From the NCBI GenBank assembly GCA_963754655.1, contig CAVWGN010000001.1, positions 2,080,001 through 2,144,000 of the forward strand: a DNA stretch of 64,000 bases, written 5' to 3'. The stretch is from an uncultured Chlamydiae bacterium. GTDB lineage: Bacteria > Chlamydiota > Chlamydiia > Chlamydiales > Parachlamydiaceae. This document shows, in pieces, positions 10,647-20,946 of this stretch. Every line of letters starts with the position of its first letter. Position 1 is the first letter of the stretch. The notes beneath the pieces are model-generated. The model had not been told where the DNA came from and ran no database searches. It saw only the letters and a list, made by a program, of their open reading frames with translations. Both the position numbers and the translations under genes were made by a program.

Positions 10647-12047
10647 ATGAATATATCAAAATCTGACCCTTTACAACCTTATTCTCCACCTGTTTTGTAT
10701 TTGACACAAAAAATTAGCTTGTGGATAGGGCATGTGTGGTCTATTTGTATTTTGCCTTATAAATGGATCAAGCATGTAGTCCAGACAGCTTTAGCATGTT
10801 TTTCAAAAATGCCAGAACAAGCTCCGCCTTTTACTCCACCTGCAACCCACAATTCTAAAATTCCACTAGATACTCCTATTGCTTCCGCCACACAATCTCC
10901 AAAAAAATTTACAAAGCAACAGTTACAGGAAAAGATGACGGAAAATAGAATGAACGCAACAGTCGATCAAGAGGAGCCAGTTCCGGATTTACACGACTTA
11001 TTTTATGGTGATCAAGAAGAAGTTTCAAAAACACCTTTACCTGCAAGTACTCAAAAGTCTGATTTAAAGCTCGAACCCACGAATCCAACAATTTCTTCTC
11101 CTGTCTCGCTACTGAATTCCCAGGCTGCGCCTATTCTTCAAGGAGAGACTCCTCATGATCAACCTGTGGATGCAAAAGTGAAAAATTTACAACTTGCAAA
11201 TGTAAAAGTGACAGAAGAGCCCTCTCTTAAATTTACGAGATCTAGGCGACAGGTTAAAAAACCAGTTCATTTAACACAGCCTGCCTTGCAACCAACTCCT
11301 ATCTCCGTTCATTCCACACTGCCTGCATTGAAGCCTGCTTCTCAGTCAATAGATTCTCAACTCAAGCCCTCTCAGTTGCAGCAAACAGCCCATAAGGCAG
11401 TTGAAGAAACGAAACCAAAATATATTGATGCTGGAGGAGGAGGAAATTGTCAGCTGCTTTCTATTTTGAAAGGCTTAGAGAAGCAATATCCTGAAATACT
11501 CAAACAATATAAAGACCTTCATAAGCAAACGTTAGATGCACAGGTCTTACGCAAAATGGGAGTCGTTTTTATTCGTGAGCAACTTGAAAAACGTGGGCCA
11601 TATGTTGAAGACCTAATAGGGTATTTGGATACTGATCGCAAAGAATATAATCAAGCTATGATTGAGCCAGTAGAACGAAGCCTGAATGAGGAAAAAAATA
11701 AAATAGAAGCAAAGTTTCAAAATAAAACAATTAGCCAAGCCATTTATATCAAAACCAAACAAGCTCATCGCGAAAAATTTATGACAAAAATCACACAATT
11801 GAAAAAAAAATACGTTCGGACTAACAATGATTTTCTTAATCTATTAGAAAAAAATGGTTTTCAATGCTCGACATTGCACTTATTTGCTTTAAGTATTAAA
11901 TTGGAATTACCTATTCACGTGCATGACCAATATGGCGTAGAAAATCACGACATTCAATATTTTAATCCAACAAATTCTACAAAAGACCCCATTCACTTAT
12001 ATCGCAAAGCAAACATGCATTATCAATATATGGAGTTTTCTAAATAG
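10647..12047 (+). CDS. Putative OTU-family cysteine protease/deubiquitinase effector
   Basis: Pro/Ser-rich N-terminal half. Cys box IDAGGGGNCQLLSI (C268), helix HLFALSIKLELPIHV, His box IHLYRKANMHYQ (H458). Confidence 0.65.
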   Translation: MNISKSDPLQPYSPPVLYLTQKISLWIGHVWSICILPYKWIKHVVQTALACFSKMPEQAPPFTPPATHNSKIPLDTPIASATQSPKKFTKQQLQEKMTENRMNATVDQEEPVPDLHDLFYGDQEEVSKTPLPASTQKSDLKLEPTNPTISSPVSLLNSQAAPILQGETPHDQPVDAKVKNLQLANVKVTEEPSLKFTRSRRQVKKPVHLTQPALQPTPISVHSTLPALKPASQSIDSQLKPSQLQQTAHKAVEETKPKYIDAGGGGNCQLLSILKGLEKQYPEILKQYKDLHKQTLDAQVLRKMGVVFIREQLEKRGPYVEDLIGYLDTDRKEYNQAMIEPVERSLNEEKNKIEAKFQNKTISQAIYIKTKQAHREKFMTKITQLKKKYVRTNNDFLNLLEKNGFQCSTLHLFALSIKLELPIHVHDQYGVENHDIQYFNPTNSTKDPIHLYRKANMHYQYMEFSK

Positions 12048-12076
12048 TTAATAAGCAATAAATTAAAGGGATTATT

Positions 12077-13249
12077 ATGACCCATCCTTCTTTAGGTATT
12101 GGCTCTCCACAACAGGTGCCATCGCCAGATCCCACCCCTTCTAGATGGCAGAGCATAAGTGAAACATTAGGCCATGTTTTTAAAAAGATGACTTCGTTTC
12201 CGACTTTTCTCGTGCATTTAGTGGCTAGAATCAGAACCGTGGTAACAGAGTGGTTATTTCAAACACCTCCTTCTAATGCGCAACCTAAGCAAAATCCTCC
12301 TCAACTGTCGCAACTTCCCTCTTCTTCTGCAGCAAAAGAAGTGTTCATTCAAACTCTAGGAAACAAAGAAGAGGTCTTTGAAGAGGATGTTGAACAAGAT
12401 CTTGAACCCCAGCTTGTCCATTCACAGCCGAGCTCGCTTACTCCAACTCCTCAATCTTCTCCTCAACCAACGAAAGTCTCACCTGTGCAACCAGAAATTA
12501 ACGCAGCGAGGATCGAAACGTCTAATGCCACTACTCAGCCAGCTCCTCATGCCATCGACGTTCCGGATGATGGCAATTGTTTACTCTATGCGATTGGCGT
12601 CGGATTGCGTACAAAATATGCTGACTATCCTGAATATCAGAATAAACTCAATTGGAATATCTCCACAGAACAACTAGAAGAAGTATTTACGACCTCTAAG
12701 TTGACAGAGGAGGGAGATCCAAGTAGTAAATTAGAGCGAGAACAAGCGAAAAAGCATCTTGTTAAGTTATTAGAGGTGCCAGGAAAGCAGTTGCGACAGC
12801 AGGCTGCTGACTATCTCAAACAGCATTTAACAGATGATGATGTCTTGCTCGCTTTATTTGATGGTGTTAGAAGCCATATTGACATAACAAAGAAAAAATT
12901 AGATGAAGAAAGATCAATGACTTTGCTTTTAGAAGAGCAAGAGGATTTTGACAACTTAGCCTTAGCGATGCAGTCGATTGAACAGCAAGAGGCCAACATG
13001 CTTCAAGAAGACGATTTAGAAAGTTATATCAAGATGACCGAAAATGATCATGTCTATTGTGGCATTCCCCAACTTTTTGCGTTATGCAAATTCTATGATA
13101 TTCCCATCCGCGTGCTTTATAAGTATGGCAAAGCTGATCAATATGCTGAAACATATAACGAACAGGTCAATGAAGGCAGAGAATCTCGATTGCCCACTCT
13201 CACTGTTGCTCATGTAAACGACAATCACTTTAAGTTTATCAAGGACTAA
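12077..13249 (+). CDS. Putative OTU-family cysteine protease/deubiquitinase effector
   Basis: Cys box IDVPDDGNCLLYAI (C168), QLFALCKFYDIPIRV, His box LTVAHVNDNHF (H384). Pro/Gln-rich N-terminus. Confidence 0.75.
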   Translation: MTHPSLGIGSPQQVPSPDPTPSRWQSISETLGHVFKKMTSFPTFLVHLVARIRTVVTEWLFQTPPSNAQPKQNPPQLSQLPSSSAAKEVFIQTLGNKEEVFEEDVEQDLEPQLVHSQPSSLTPTPQSSPQPTKVSPVQPEINAARIETSNATTQPAPHAIDVPDDGNCLLYAIGVGLRTKYADYPEYQNKLNWNISTEQLEEVFTTSKLTEEGDPSSKLEREQAKKHLVKLLEVPGKQLRQQAADYLKQHLTDDDVLLALFDGVRSHIDITKKKLDEERSMTLLLEEQEDFDNLALAMQSIEQQEANMLQEDDLESYIKMTENDHVYCGIPQLFALCKFYDIPIRVLYKYGKADQYAETYNEQVNEGRESRLPTLTVAHVNDNHFKFIKD

Positions 13250-13285
13250 CAATTTTCTGACTTATTACGATAAAGCTATAAAGTC

Positions 13286-13534
13286 TCAACATTGATCTTT
13301 TTTTAAGGCCCATAACGCCATTTGCACTGTTTGAATCCCTGCAAGAATGCCCTCTTCATATCGAAAATGAGGATTGAATTCTAGCTCCTGATAATCATTT
13401 GGCTGCAGCAAATCTTCTGGAGTTAAGTGAGGAATGATGCGCCGCCCGCATTTAAGCAATTGCGTTTGATAAAATTGGACCAACTTGTTCAGAAGTTGAT
13501 CAATCTCTTCCCACGAAGGATTCGTCTGAGTCAT
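13286..13534 (-). CDS. Small hypothetical protein
   Basis: 82 aa ORF overlapping the 3' end of tadA, operon-like. Confidence 0.7.
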   Translation of the reverse strand: MTQTNPSWEEIDQLLNKLVQFYQTQLLKCGRRIIPHLTPEDLLQPNDYQELEFNPHFRYEEGILAGIQTVQMALWALKKDQC

Positions 13535-14039
13535 CGCCTTCTTGCCTTTTCCCTTTTTTTTGTCGTTGAATTTGAAAAAAATCCTTAAGAATTTGTGTAC
13601 AGTATTCTTGTAAAATTCCTTTTCTTACTTGGATGGTATGAGTAGGATGAACGAGTTGAAAAAGATCAACCCAACTTCCATTAGCTCCATGGCGTAAATC
13701 AGGAGCTCCCCACACAAGAAAAGGAACGCGGGTCAACAACAAGGCACCCGCACACATACTACAAGGTTCAATCGTACAATAAAGGGTCGTGTTGGTTAAT
13801 CTCCAATTATCAAGAGCTGACTCCCCTGCCGTCATGCAAAGCATTTCAGCATGGGCAGTCGCATCCTTTAACATTTCCACTTGGTTATGCCCTCTTGCAA
13901 TCACACGCTTATCTTTTACTAAGACTGCGCCAACCGGAACTTCATCTGCTTTAAATGCTTTCCAAGCCTCTTTTAAAGCTTCAAGCATAAATTGCTCATC
14001 CTCACTTTGAGGGGTAATTCTAAAGGGAAAAGACATCAA
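13500..14039 (-). CDS. tadA: tRNA adenosine(34) deaminase
   Basis: EVPVGAV, AHAE and EPCSMCAG zinc-deaminase motifs. Confidence 0.93.
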   Translation of the reverse strand: MMSFPFRITPQSEDEQFMLEALKEAWKAFKADEVPVGAVLVKDKRVIARGHNQVEMLKDATAHAEMLCMTAGESALDNWRLTNTTLYCTIEPCSMCAGALLLTRVPFLVWGAPDLRHGANGSWVDLFQLVHPTHTIQVRKGILQEYCTQILKDFFQIQRQKKGKRQEGDDSDESFVGRD

Positions 14040-14719
14040 GCGTTTTTCCCTTGCATTTTGCGTTGCAATTGCGCCACTTGTTTTTTTAGATTTTCTACAT
14101 CATGAACATATTTTTTTTGCAATCCAGCCAATCTTTTCTCGTATTTGTCTGTCAAACGAACCATTTCCAACTCAAAATTTTTACGCATTTGATCCACTGT
14201 TAATTGTTCTGTTACCGTGCGTGATTCTTCTTCTTCCCTTTCCTGATGCTGCTGTGCTTGTGTTTTAAGATTGTGAAAGCTTTCTTTTGGAAAAACAACA
14301 GAATTGAGAACCGAAAAGAGATAAGTCTGAGGAGCCCCGAATTGGCGAATAGAGGCATCGATTAAAGCTTGCGCTTGTGCAGGCTGAATTTCCTCTAAAT
14401 TTGTAAAGTCAGGATCAATTTGACTCAATTGTGTTTCGAAAAATTCATAAAGTTCGCTGTTTTGGAGCAGCCAGCGCGTAGTAATAAATTCAGCAAGCTC
14501 TTCCCCTTGTTCTTCTTGTTGAATGGCTTTTCGATAAGCTTCAGCAAGCTCTTCTGTCGCAATTTTATGAATATTTTTGGAGGAAAGAAATTTTTTTACA
14601 AAATAAATATCTTTTTTAAGATGTTCATTGCGCAAATCTTTTTTTACTGAGTCAACAAGAAAGGGAATCCATTCCTGCAAATCAGCAAATTTCTCTTTAT
14701 AAGTGGCGTTTTTATACAT
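14036..14719 (-). CDS. Hypothetical protein with C-terminal coiled coil
   Basis: 227 aa ORF overlapping the tadA start, with a GAGG RBS. Confidence 0.8.
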   Translation of the reverse strand: MYKNATYKEKFADLQEWIPFLVDSVKKDLRNEHLKKDIYFVKKFLSSKNIHKIATEELAEAYRKAIQQEEQGEELAEFITTRWLLQNSELYEFFETQLSQIDPDFTNLEEIQPAQAQALIDASIRQFGAPQTYLFSVLNSVVFPKESFHNLKTQAQQHQEREEEESRTVTEQLTVDQMRKNFELEMVRLTDKYEKRLAGLQKKYVHDVENLKKQVAQLQRKMQGKNA

Positions 14720-14860
14720 GCTTAATCCTCATTAAGGTTGAATGGAAAGAAGAAAATTAGCAGGTTTGCCAAGAAAAATCAAGAAAGACAAATTTCTTGT
14801 CAAACAAAAGAATTTGATTAAAAATTATTGTATTTCAAAGCGCGATCAATTTAGGCTTCA

Positions 14861-15121
14861 ATGGCACAACATTCAGAAGATGAACATCCATTTTATGGAA
14901 TTGACATTATTCGTCGTCGAGAACAGGACTATATTCAACACTTATTGAAAAAATACCGCTACGAACCTGTCAATGAGGATTTAAAGGCTAAGATCTGGGA
15001 GGAGCTTCAAATGGAAAAATATAAGGGGCATATCACCATCCCTTTTAAAGTCGTCATGCGCCGCGATGCTCTAAAAAAATATCCTCCTTACATTGAAGTG
15101 ATTCTAGATACAAAAGTTTAA
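14861..15121 (+). CDS. Small hypothetical protein
   Basis: 86 aa ORF with globular composition, divergent from 14719. Confidence 0.65.
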   Translation: MAQHSEDEHPFYGIDIIRRREQDYIQHLLKKYRYEPVNEDLKAKIWEELQMEKYKGHITIPFKVVMRRDALKKYPPYIEVILDTKV

Positions 15122-15279
15122 AACGCTTTTAACCTCTCTTAAAGAATTTTGTGCTGAGAATTTTATTCTTGATTTTAATCTTTTTTTATTACAAAATAAT
15201 TAAAATTTAAGTTAGCTAAACAAATTTTTTAAATTTTTATAGTATTAAATTTTTTATTAAATTTTAAATAGGTTTATTT

Positions 15280-15903
15280 ATGCAAATAATCAATCAAGAA
15301 ATTCCTTGTAGTAATATCGCTAATCTTAATCAAGATGCCTTGCATCTCATATTTAATCAGTTAGATTCTAAAGACTTCTGCAGGTTAACACAAGTCTCTC
15401 AATATTTTAAATCGATAATGAATACGATTTGGGGAAAGGAACAATATAATACAGTAAACAACCGTCAATTATTGGCGAAGGCTTATGTAAAACAATGTGT
15501 TCAAGTTCAAGAAACATCACTTATGATACAAAATACGATAAAGCATAGTTTTTTAGTGAACCTAAAAGCACAACGCTTAGATTTGAATGACGTAGATGAA
15601 CGCTTGCGTAATGGATTAGATCAAGTAATAAAAACAGCGGTAGATAATAAAATCACCTCAATCATATCTAAAATGAAAGTCTTGATGAATCAAAGAGTCG
15701 TAACGCTCTTTTCTTTGACAGAAATTAAGAGATTAATAGAAGTGTATCAAGATCCGGTAATGGTATCATTATTCAAAAAAATACCTCAAATGACACAATT
15801 ACAAGGAACCGAGGAGTTAGACGAAGAACTAGGTGAAGAATTAGCACATCAGATCACCTTACTCTTAAATCCAGAAAGGGATGCAGCAGCACCTAACCAA
15901 TAG
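15280..15903 (+). CDS. F-box-like domain protein (putative effector)
   Basis: N-terminal LNQDALHLIFNQLDSKDFCRLTQVSQYFKSI fits the F-box pattern. Confidence 0.7.
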   Translation: MQIINQEIPCSNIANLNQDALHLIFNQLDSKDFCRLTQVSQYFKSIMNTIWGKEQYNTVNNRQLLAKAYVKQCVQVQETSLMIQNTIKHSFLVNLKAQRLDLNDVDERLRNGLDQVIKTAVDNKITSIISKMKVLMNQRVVTLFSLTEIKRLIEVYQDPVMVSLFKKIPQMTQLQGTEELDEELGEELAHQITLLLNPERDAAAPNQ

Positions 15904-15930
15904 CATGAATAATCTTAACACGAATGCATG

Positions 15931-16655
15931 GGGCATGTTTGCAAAATGCTAACCTCCTATTCCTGTAGTCTGAAGGACTACAAGATTCTAAAAAACATGA
16001 AATTGCGTTCGATGAAAATATGTTTGGAATAGATGATTCTCTTGTAGTCCTTCAGACTACATGACAAGGGCTAATCTAACCCAAGGCTAGGGTGTTCATT
16101 TTGTGCAAAAAATGAGCTTTATTTTTCACAATAATTGGCATAGTTAAATTGAAGGTCAGATGTTTATGCCGTCCTTTCAGGACTCGATGTCTTTGATAGA
16201 AACCCAGGCCTCCGCTTCGCTGCGACCTGGGCTGTAACATGACGGCCCTTCAGGCCTTAACAAGATGTTTAAGTCCCTCTTCTATAGTCCCTAAATCATC
16301 TTTTTGTTAAGGCCTGAAGGGCCGTCATGTTACAGCCCAGGTCGCAGCGAAGCGGAGGCCTGGGTTTCTATCAAAGACATCGAGTCCTGAAAGGACGGCA
16401 TAAACATCTGACCTTCAATTTAACTATGCCAATTATTGTGAAAAATAAAGCTCATTTTTTGCACAAAATGAACACCCTAACCCAGGGCGATGCCATGGGC
16501 TATTTTATTTGAAGCCTTTCAGGCGCTGAACATTGGATATTTTTGTTAACCACCCCTAAAAGGATTGTGGAGCATGTACTATTTAATAGGAACAGCCCTA
16601 CAATCGTTATAGAAGGAGGCCTTCCAAAAATGTCCAATGTTCAGAGCCTTTCAGA
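15931..16655. repeat. Composite fold-back cluster containing element A (16088-16479)
   Basis: 176-bp arms 16088-16263 and 16304-16479 around a 40-bp spacer, flanked by acccaaggc/acccagggc. Extra IRs at 15964-15985/16040-16061 and 16526-16545/16625-16644. C end module at 15931. Confidence 0.92.
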
Positions 16656-16884
16656 CTATTAAAAAAATCAAGTTATTTGGGAATGGTTCAAAAAGAGTAA
16701 ATTTTGGGTAACATGTTTATACCCAAAGCAAGGCTAAAGAGACAGTAATTCTTATATTTTTTTTAAATAAAAATTGTTAACAAAAATTAAATTAAATAAA
16801 TATTTTTATAAACTAAATTATATGTTATAATTTTAATTAATAAAAATTGTTAACAATAATTAAAACAAATGATTAAATTAAAGG

Positions 16885-17841
16885 ATGATTATGCAAATTA
16901 CTAACTTTCATTCACAAACAAGTCAAAGCACTTCAGAGGAATTCGAATTATTTTCAAATATAATACCTAATGATACATTGGAAATTATTTTTGATCAGAT
17001 TGTCAATCAACAAAGACAGCCTTTACGCGATATTTCTTCTATTTTACTTACCTGTAAAAAATGGGAAGAGGTTCTTAAAGCAAAGCCTTGCATCTCATTA
17101 TTGCAGACTTTTTTTAAAATGACACACAGTGATCGATTCACTATTACTCTTCCCCGGGAGTGTATTGTAATAGATGATCAAAAGAGGAATTTTACATCTA
17201 AAGAGCTTAATTTGATTGATGGAGCCGCCTATCAAGAAAGAACATTTGAAAAATTGTTGATGATGGATTCAGAATTATTTCAATCAAAGAGTTTATTTCT
17301 TTCTCTTTTGCATCGCTATCCATGGAACCCTGAAGTTTGCAAATACAGCGCCAATCAACACATCCAGATGATTGCTGAAAATCAATTGTCTATTTTAAAT
17401 TCTCTTATATCAGGAAGTGATGAAGAAAAATTAACCGTTATTAAAAATGACTTTTTCGAAAAATATTATTTTGGCGTGCAACATCAAAAATTAAAGAATG
17501 TACAAGGACCTATCATCTCTACTCTTAAAAAATTTCTCAACCTTAACGATAAAAAAATTTTTATTCAATTTGCTCACCGTTTTGGACCTACTGTTTTTGA
17601 TATAGATGAAAGCTTTAAAAAAGATCGAGAAATTGTCTTAGCTGCCGTTAAGCAAAATGGCTGGGCTCTTATGTATGTAGATGAAAGCTTTAAAAAAGAT
17701 CGAGAGATTGTCTTGGCTGCCGTTAAGCAAAACGGCTTTGCTATTATCTTTGCAGATGAAACCCTTAAAGCAGATAAAACCATTCAAGAGATTGTCTCGG
17801 CCTTCAGGGCAATACCGTGCCCCCTTCAGGGCAATAGCTAA
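16885..17841 (+). CDS. F-box-like protein with C-terminal DUF4116-type repeats
   Basis: IPNDTLEIIFDQI...ILLTCKKWEEV, plus two KKDREIVLAAVKQNG repeats. Confidence 0.75.
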   Translation: MIMQITNFHSQTSQSTSEEFELFSNIIPNDTLEIIFDQIVNQQRQPLRDISSILLTCKKWEEVLKAKPCISLLQTFFKMTHSDRFTITLPRECIVIDDQKRNFTSKELNLIDGAAYQERTFEKLLMMDSELFQSKSLFLSLLHRYPWNPEVCKYSANQHIQMIAENQLSILNSLISGSDEEKLTVIKNDFFEKYYFGVQHQKLKNVQGPIISTLKKFLNLNDKKIFIQFAHRFGPTVFDIDESFKKDREIVLAAVKQNGWALMYVDESFKKDREIVLAAVKQNGFAIIFADETLKADKTIQEIVSAFRAIPCPLQGNS

Positions 17842-18166
17842 GCTTATGATTTTTTACTCCTTTCGGTCTACTGGACTGAAAGGAGAATAGCTCTAAAATC
17901 AACTTCCTAAATTTCTACTGAGTCTTGATTTTTAGCGTTTCTCTTCATGAAGCCTGATTTCTTATCAATCCCTCTCTCTTTGTATGTCGTTTTTTCTTTA
18001 AATTTTTTTATTATTCCAGGATTTAAATAATTAACGGAAATTGCGCTGAAGAGAACTTTTCCTTGTAATTAAAAGCGATTTTCAGTATGATTATACCAGT
18101 CATTTATATTAATCAAGTTCCAACACCTAGCCACTCTTTCGGCTTATAACTTATGGGAGATTTCTG

Positions 18167-18436
18167 ATGTCTCTAGACAAAGGTACCAAAGAAGAAATTA
18201 CAAAAAAGTTTCAGCTTCATGAGAAAGATACCGGTTCAGCCGACGTTCAAATTGCCATTTTAACAGAGCGCATTACCGAGCTTACAGATCATTTGAAACG
18301 AGCACCTAAAGATCACGGTTCTCGCTTAGCTCTGCTCAAATTGGTTGGCCAACGCCGTCGTTTGCTCGATTATCTTAATTCAACAGATACTAAGCGTTAT
18401 CAAACGCTGATCAATAAACTAAAGCTCAGACGTTGA
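18167..18436 (+). CDS. rpsO: 30S ribosomal protein S15
   Basis: [37 protein letters not shown]. Confidence 0.98.
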   Translation: MSLDKGTKEEITKKFQLHEKDTGSADVQIAILTERITELTDHLKRAPKDHGSRLALLKLVGQRRRLLDYLNSTDTKRYQTLINKLKLRR

Positions 18437-18455
18437 TTCGACTTTAAAACAAACA

Positions 18456-18487
18456 AGAAAAGGGCAGCTAAGCTGCCCTTTTCTCTT
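18456..18487 (+). terminator. Intrinsic terminator after rpsO
   Basis: agaaaagggcagc-taa-gctgcccttttct. Confidence 0.75.
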
Positions 18488-18796
18488 AGACCAGAAGAAA
18501 TGATTCCAGACATGAAAGGATATAGAACTCAGAAAACTCCCTTTAAAAAAATTGAAGCGTGTTTTCTGATTTCTATTCGCCCCTTTCAAATTGGATAACT
18601 TTTCTCTTTTTTCCTTCAAAGTCAATGCATGGTCAGTCGCAGAGAAGGAAAAGAAAAGGCATAGCCTTATGCTATCTAAAGATTCTTCCACTCGCTTGCT
18701 TATAATCATTTAAAATTTAGGCATTCTTAAGCTAACAGCAGGGATCGAAGATAGAAATTATCAAGTCATATTTTTACTTTATGGAGAAATGAATTC

Positions 18797-20887
18797 ATGC
18801 AACGCGACATCCTTTCTGTCAACATCAATGGACAGGAAATTATTTTTGAAACAGGTAAAATTGCTCGTCAAGCTGGCGGAGCGGTTATCGTTCGCTGTGG
18901 GGAAACCATTGTGTTTTCGACGGCCTGCGCAGCCCCCAATCCAGATCCTAAAGCAGATTTTTTGCCTTTACGCATCGATTATCAGGAAAAATTTTCCTCT
19001 GCTGGCAAAACGGTCAGCGGTTTTATTAAAAGAGAAGGGCGCCCTGCTGAGCGCGAAATCCTTGTTTCACGTCTGATTGACCGTCCTCTCCGCCCTTTAT
19101 TTGAAAAAGGATACTATAACGAAGTTCAAGTCCTTTCTTATGTGTGGTCTTATGATGGCGTCCACTCGCCTGATCCTTTAGCTATTTGCAGCGCTTCGGC
19201 AGCTTTGGTCATTTCCGATATCCCTTTGAGCAAACCTGTGGGAGCCGTCAGAGTAGGCTATTTGAATGGACAATTTATCGTCAATCCCACAATCGAACAG
19301 CAACGCCAATCCAAGCTTGATTTGATGCTGGCTGGAACAGAAGATGCCGTTTTGATGATTGAAGGATTTTGCGATTTCTTGACAGAAGAGCAGGTGTTGG
19401 AGGCTATCGCCGTAGGCCATCAGAGTATTAAGATCATTTGTCAAGCTTTAATTCAATGGCAAGCACGCGTCGGAAAGCCTAAAAATCATGACAATTTGCG
19501 TCTTATTCCAAAGGAACTCTATCAAGAAGTGGAATCAATTGCCAATCCACTTTTAGAAAAAGCGCTGCGCATTAGCGAGAAGAAAAAGCGGGAATCGGAA
19601 TTGAGCACTGTCAATCAAACAGTCAATGAAGCCCTTTTTCCAAAGAATGCTGAACCGAAATATTCCGCACAAGATGTCAATTACGTCATTAAGGATGTTT
19701 CCTCTAAAATGATGCGTCGCATGATTTTAAATGAAAATCTACGCTCGGATGGACGTCAATCTACTGAGATTCGCCCTATTGACATTGAGCAAGGTATGCT
19801 TCCCCGCGCCCATGGAAGTTCTCTATTTACAAGAGGAGAGACGCAAGCCTTAGCAGTTTGTACACTGGGTGGTGAAGGAATGGCACAACGTTACGAAAAT
19901 TTAGAAGAAGAAGGCAGCCAACGTTTTTATCTTCAGTATTTTTTTCCTCCTTTTTCTGTTGGCGAAGTGGGTCGTATAGGTGCGCCAGGCAGAAGGGAAA
20001 TCGGACATGGAAAGTTAGCCGAGCGCGGACTACTGGCTTTACTTCCAACTAAAGAACAATTTCCTTATACGATTCGAGTCGAATCTAATATCACTGAATC
20101 CAATGGATCTTCCTCCATGGCAACTGTTTGCGGCGCCTGCTTAGCTCTCATGGATGCTGGAGTCCCCATCAAGCGTCCCATTGCGGGAATTGCCATGGGA
20201 CTCATTCTCGAAGACGAACGCTTCATGATTTTGTCAGACATTTTGGGAATTGAAGATGCTTTAGGCGATATGGACTTCAAAATAACTGGAGACCAAGAAG
20301 GCATTACCGCTTTCCAAATGGATATTAAAGTAGAGGGAATCACTTTTGAGATCATGCGCGCTGCCTTGCAACAAGCAAAAGCAGGACGCATTCACATTCT
20401 CAACAAGATGCTGGAAGTCAGTCCGACCTATAAAAAGCAAATGTCGCGTTATGCTCCACGCATTGAAACAATTCAAATTAAGCCCAGCAAAATTGCCACG
20501 GTCATTGGCCCAGGCGGCAAGCAAATTCGTGCCATTATTGAACAAACCGGTGTTCAAATTGACATTAACGATGATGGCTTAGTCAGTATTGCAGCTGCCG
20601 ACCTCGAAAGCATTGAAAAAGCGAAAGTCATCATTCAGGGTTTAACAGCTGAAGTTGAAATTGGCAGAATTTATGCAGGAAAAGCCACTTCCATTGCTCC
20701 TTTTGGAGTATTTGTCGAAATTCTTCCTGGTAAAGAAGGGCTTTGCCACATTTCTGAATTCGATACAAGCCGCATTGCCGATTTAGCTGATTTTGTCAAA
20801 GTAGGTGATAAATTGAGCGTGAAGGTCTTAGACATTAACGAAAGAGGACAAATCAAGTTGAGTCGTAAAGCGACTTTAACAGGATAA
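18797..20887 (+). CDS. pnp: Polyribonucleotide nucleotidyltransferase
   Basis: RNase PH domains (RREIGHG, SNGSSSMA, GDMDFK) plus KH and S1 domains. Confidence 0.98.
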   Translation: MQRDILSVNINGQEIIFETGKIARQAGGAVIVRCGETIVFSTACAAPNPDPKADFLPLRIDYQEKFSSAGKTVSGFIKREGRPAEREILVSRLIDRPLRPLFEKGYYNEVQVLSYVWSYDGVHSPDPLAICSASAALVISDIPLSKPVGAVRVGYLNGQFIVNPTIEQQRQSKLDLMLAGTEDAVLMIEGFCDFLTEEQVLEAIAVGHQSIKIICQALIQWQARVGKPKNHDNLRLIPKELYQEVESIANPLLEKALRISEKKKRESELSTVNQTVNEALFPKNAEPKYSAQDVNYVIKDVSSKMMRRMILNENLRSDGRQSTEIRPIDIEQGMLPRAHGSSLFTRGETQALAVCTLGGEGMAQRYENLEEEGSQRFYLQYFFPPFSVGEVGRIGAPGRREIGHGKLAERGLLALLPTKEQFPYTIRVESNITESNGSSSMATVCGACLALMDAGVPIKRPIAGIAMGLILEDERFMILSDILGIEDALGDMDFKITGDQEGITAFQMDIKVEGITFEIMRAALQQAKAGRIHILNKMLEVSPTYKKQMSRYAPRIETIQIKPSKIATVIGPGGKQIRAIIEQTGVQIDINDDGLVSIAAADLESIEKAKVIIQGLTAEVEIGRIYAGKATSIAPFGVFVEILPGKEGLCHISEFDTSRIADLADFVKVGDKLSVKVLDINERGQIKLSRKATLTG

Positions 20888-20897
20888 CAAGAAAAAC

Positions 20898-20935
20898 AAA
20901 CTCAGCCGTATTGCATTCAATAGGGCTGAGTTTTT
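20898..20935. terminator. Terminator hairpin between pnp and the convergent ORF
   Basis: aaactcagcc...ggctgagttttt. Confidence 0.7.
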
Positions 20936-20946
20936 GCCTCTTTTTT

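Noticed and set aside
16327..16512. Short ORFs inside palindromes (also 30796, 31029, 41253, 44336, 58255, 60623)
   Set aside because: They lie wholly within repeat arms, occur on both strands by symmetry, change frame between copies and lack an RBS. Treated as non-coding.
18110..18170. S15 autoregulatory leader
   Set aside because: Plausible by position, but only a weak hairpin is visible. Cannot be supported without covariance analysis.
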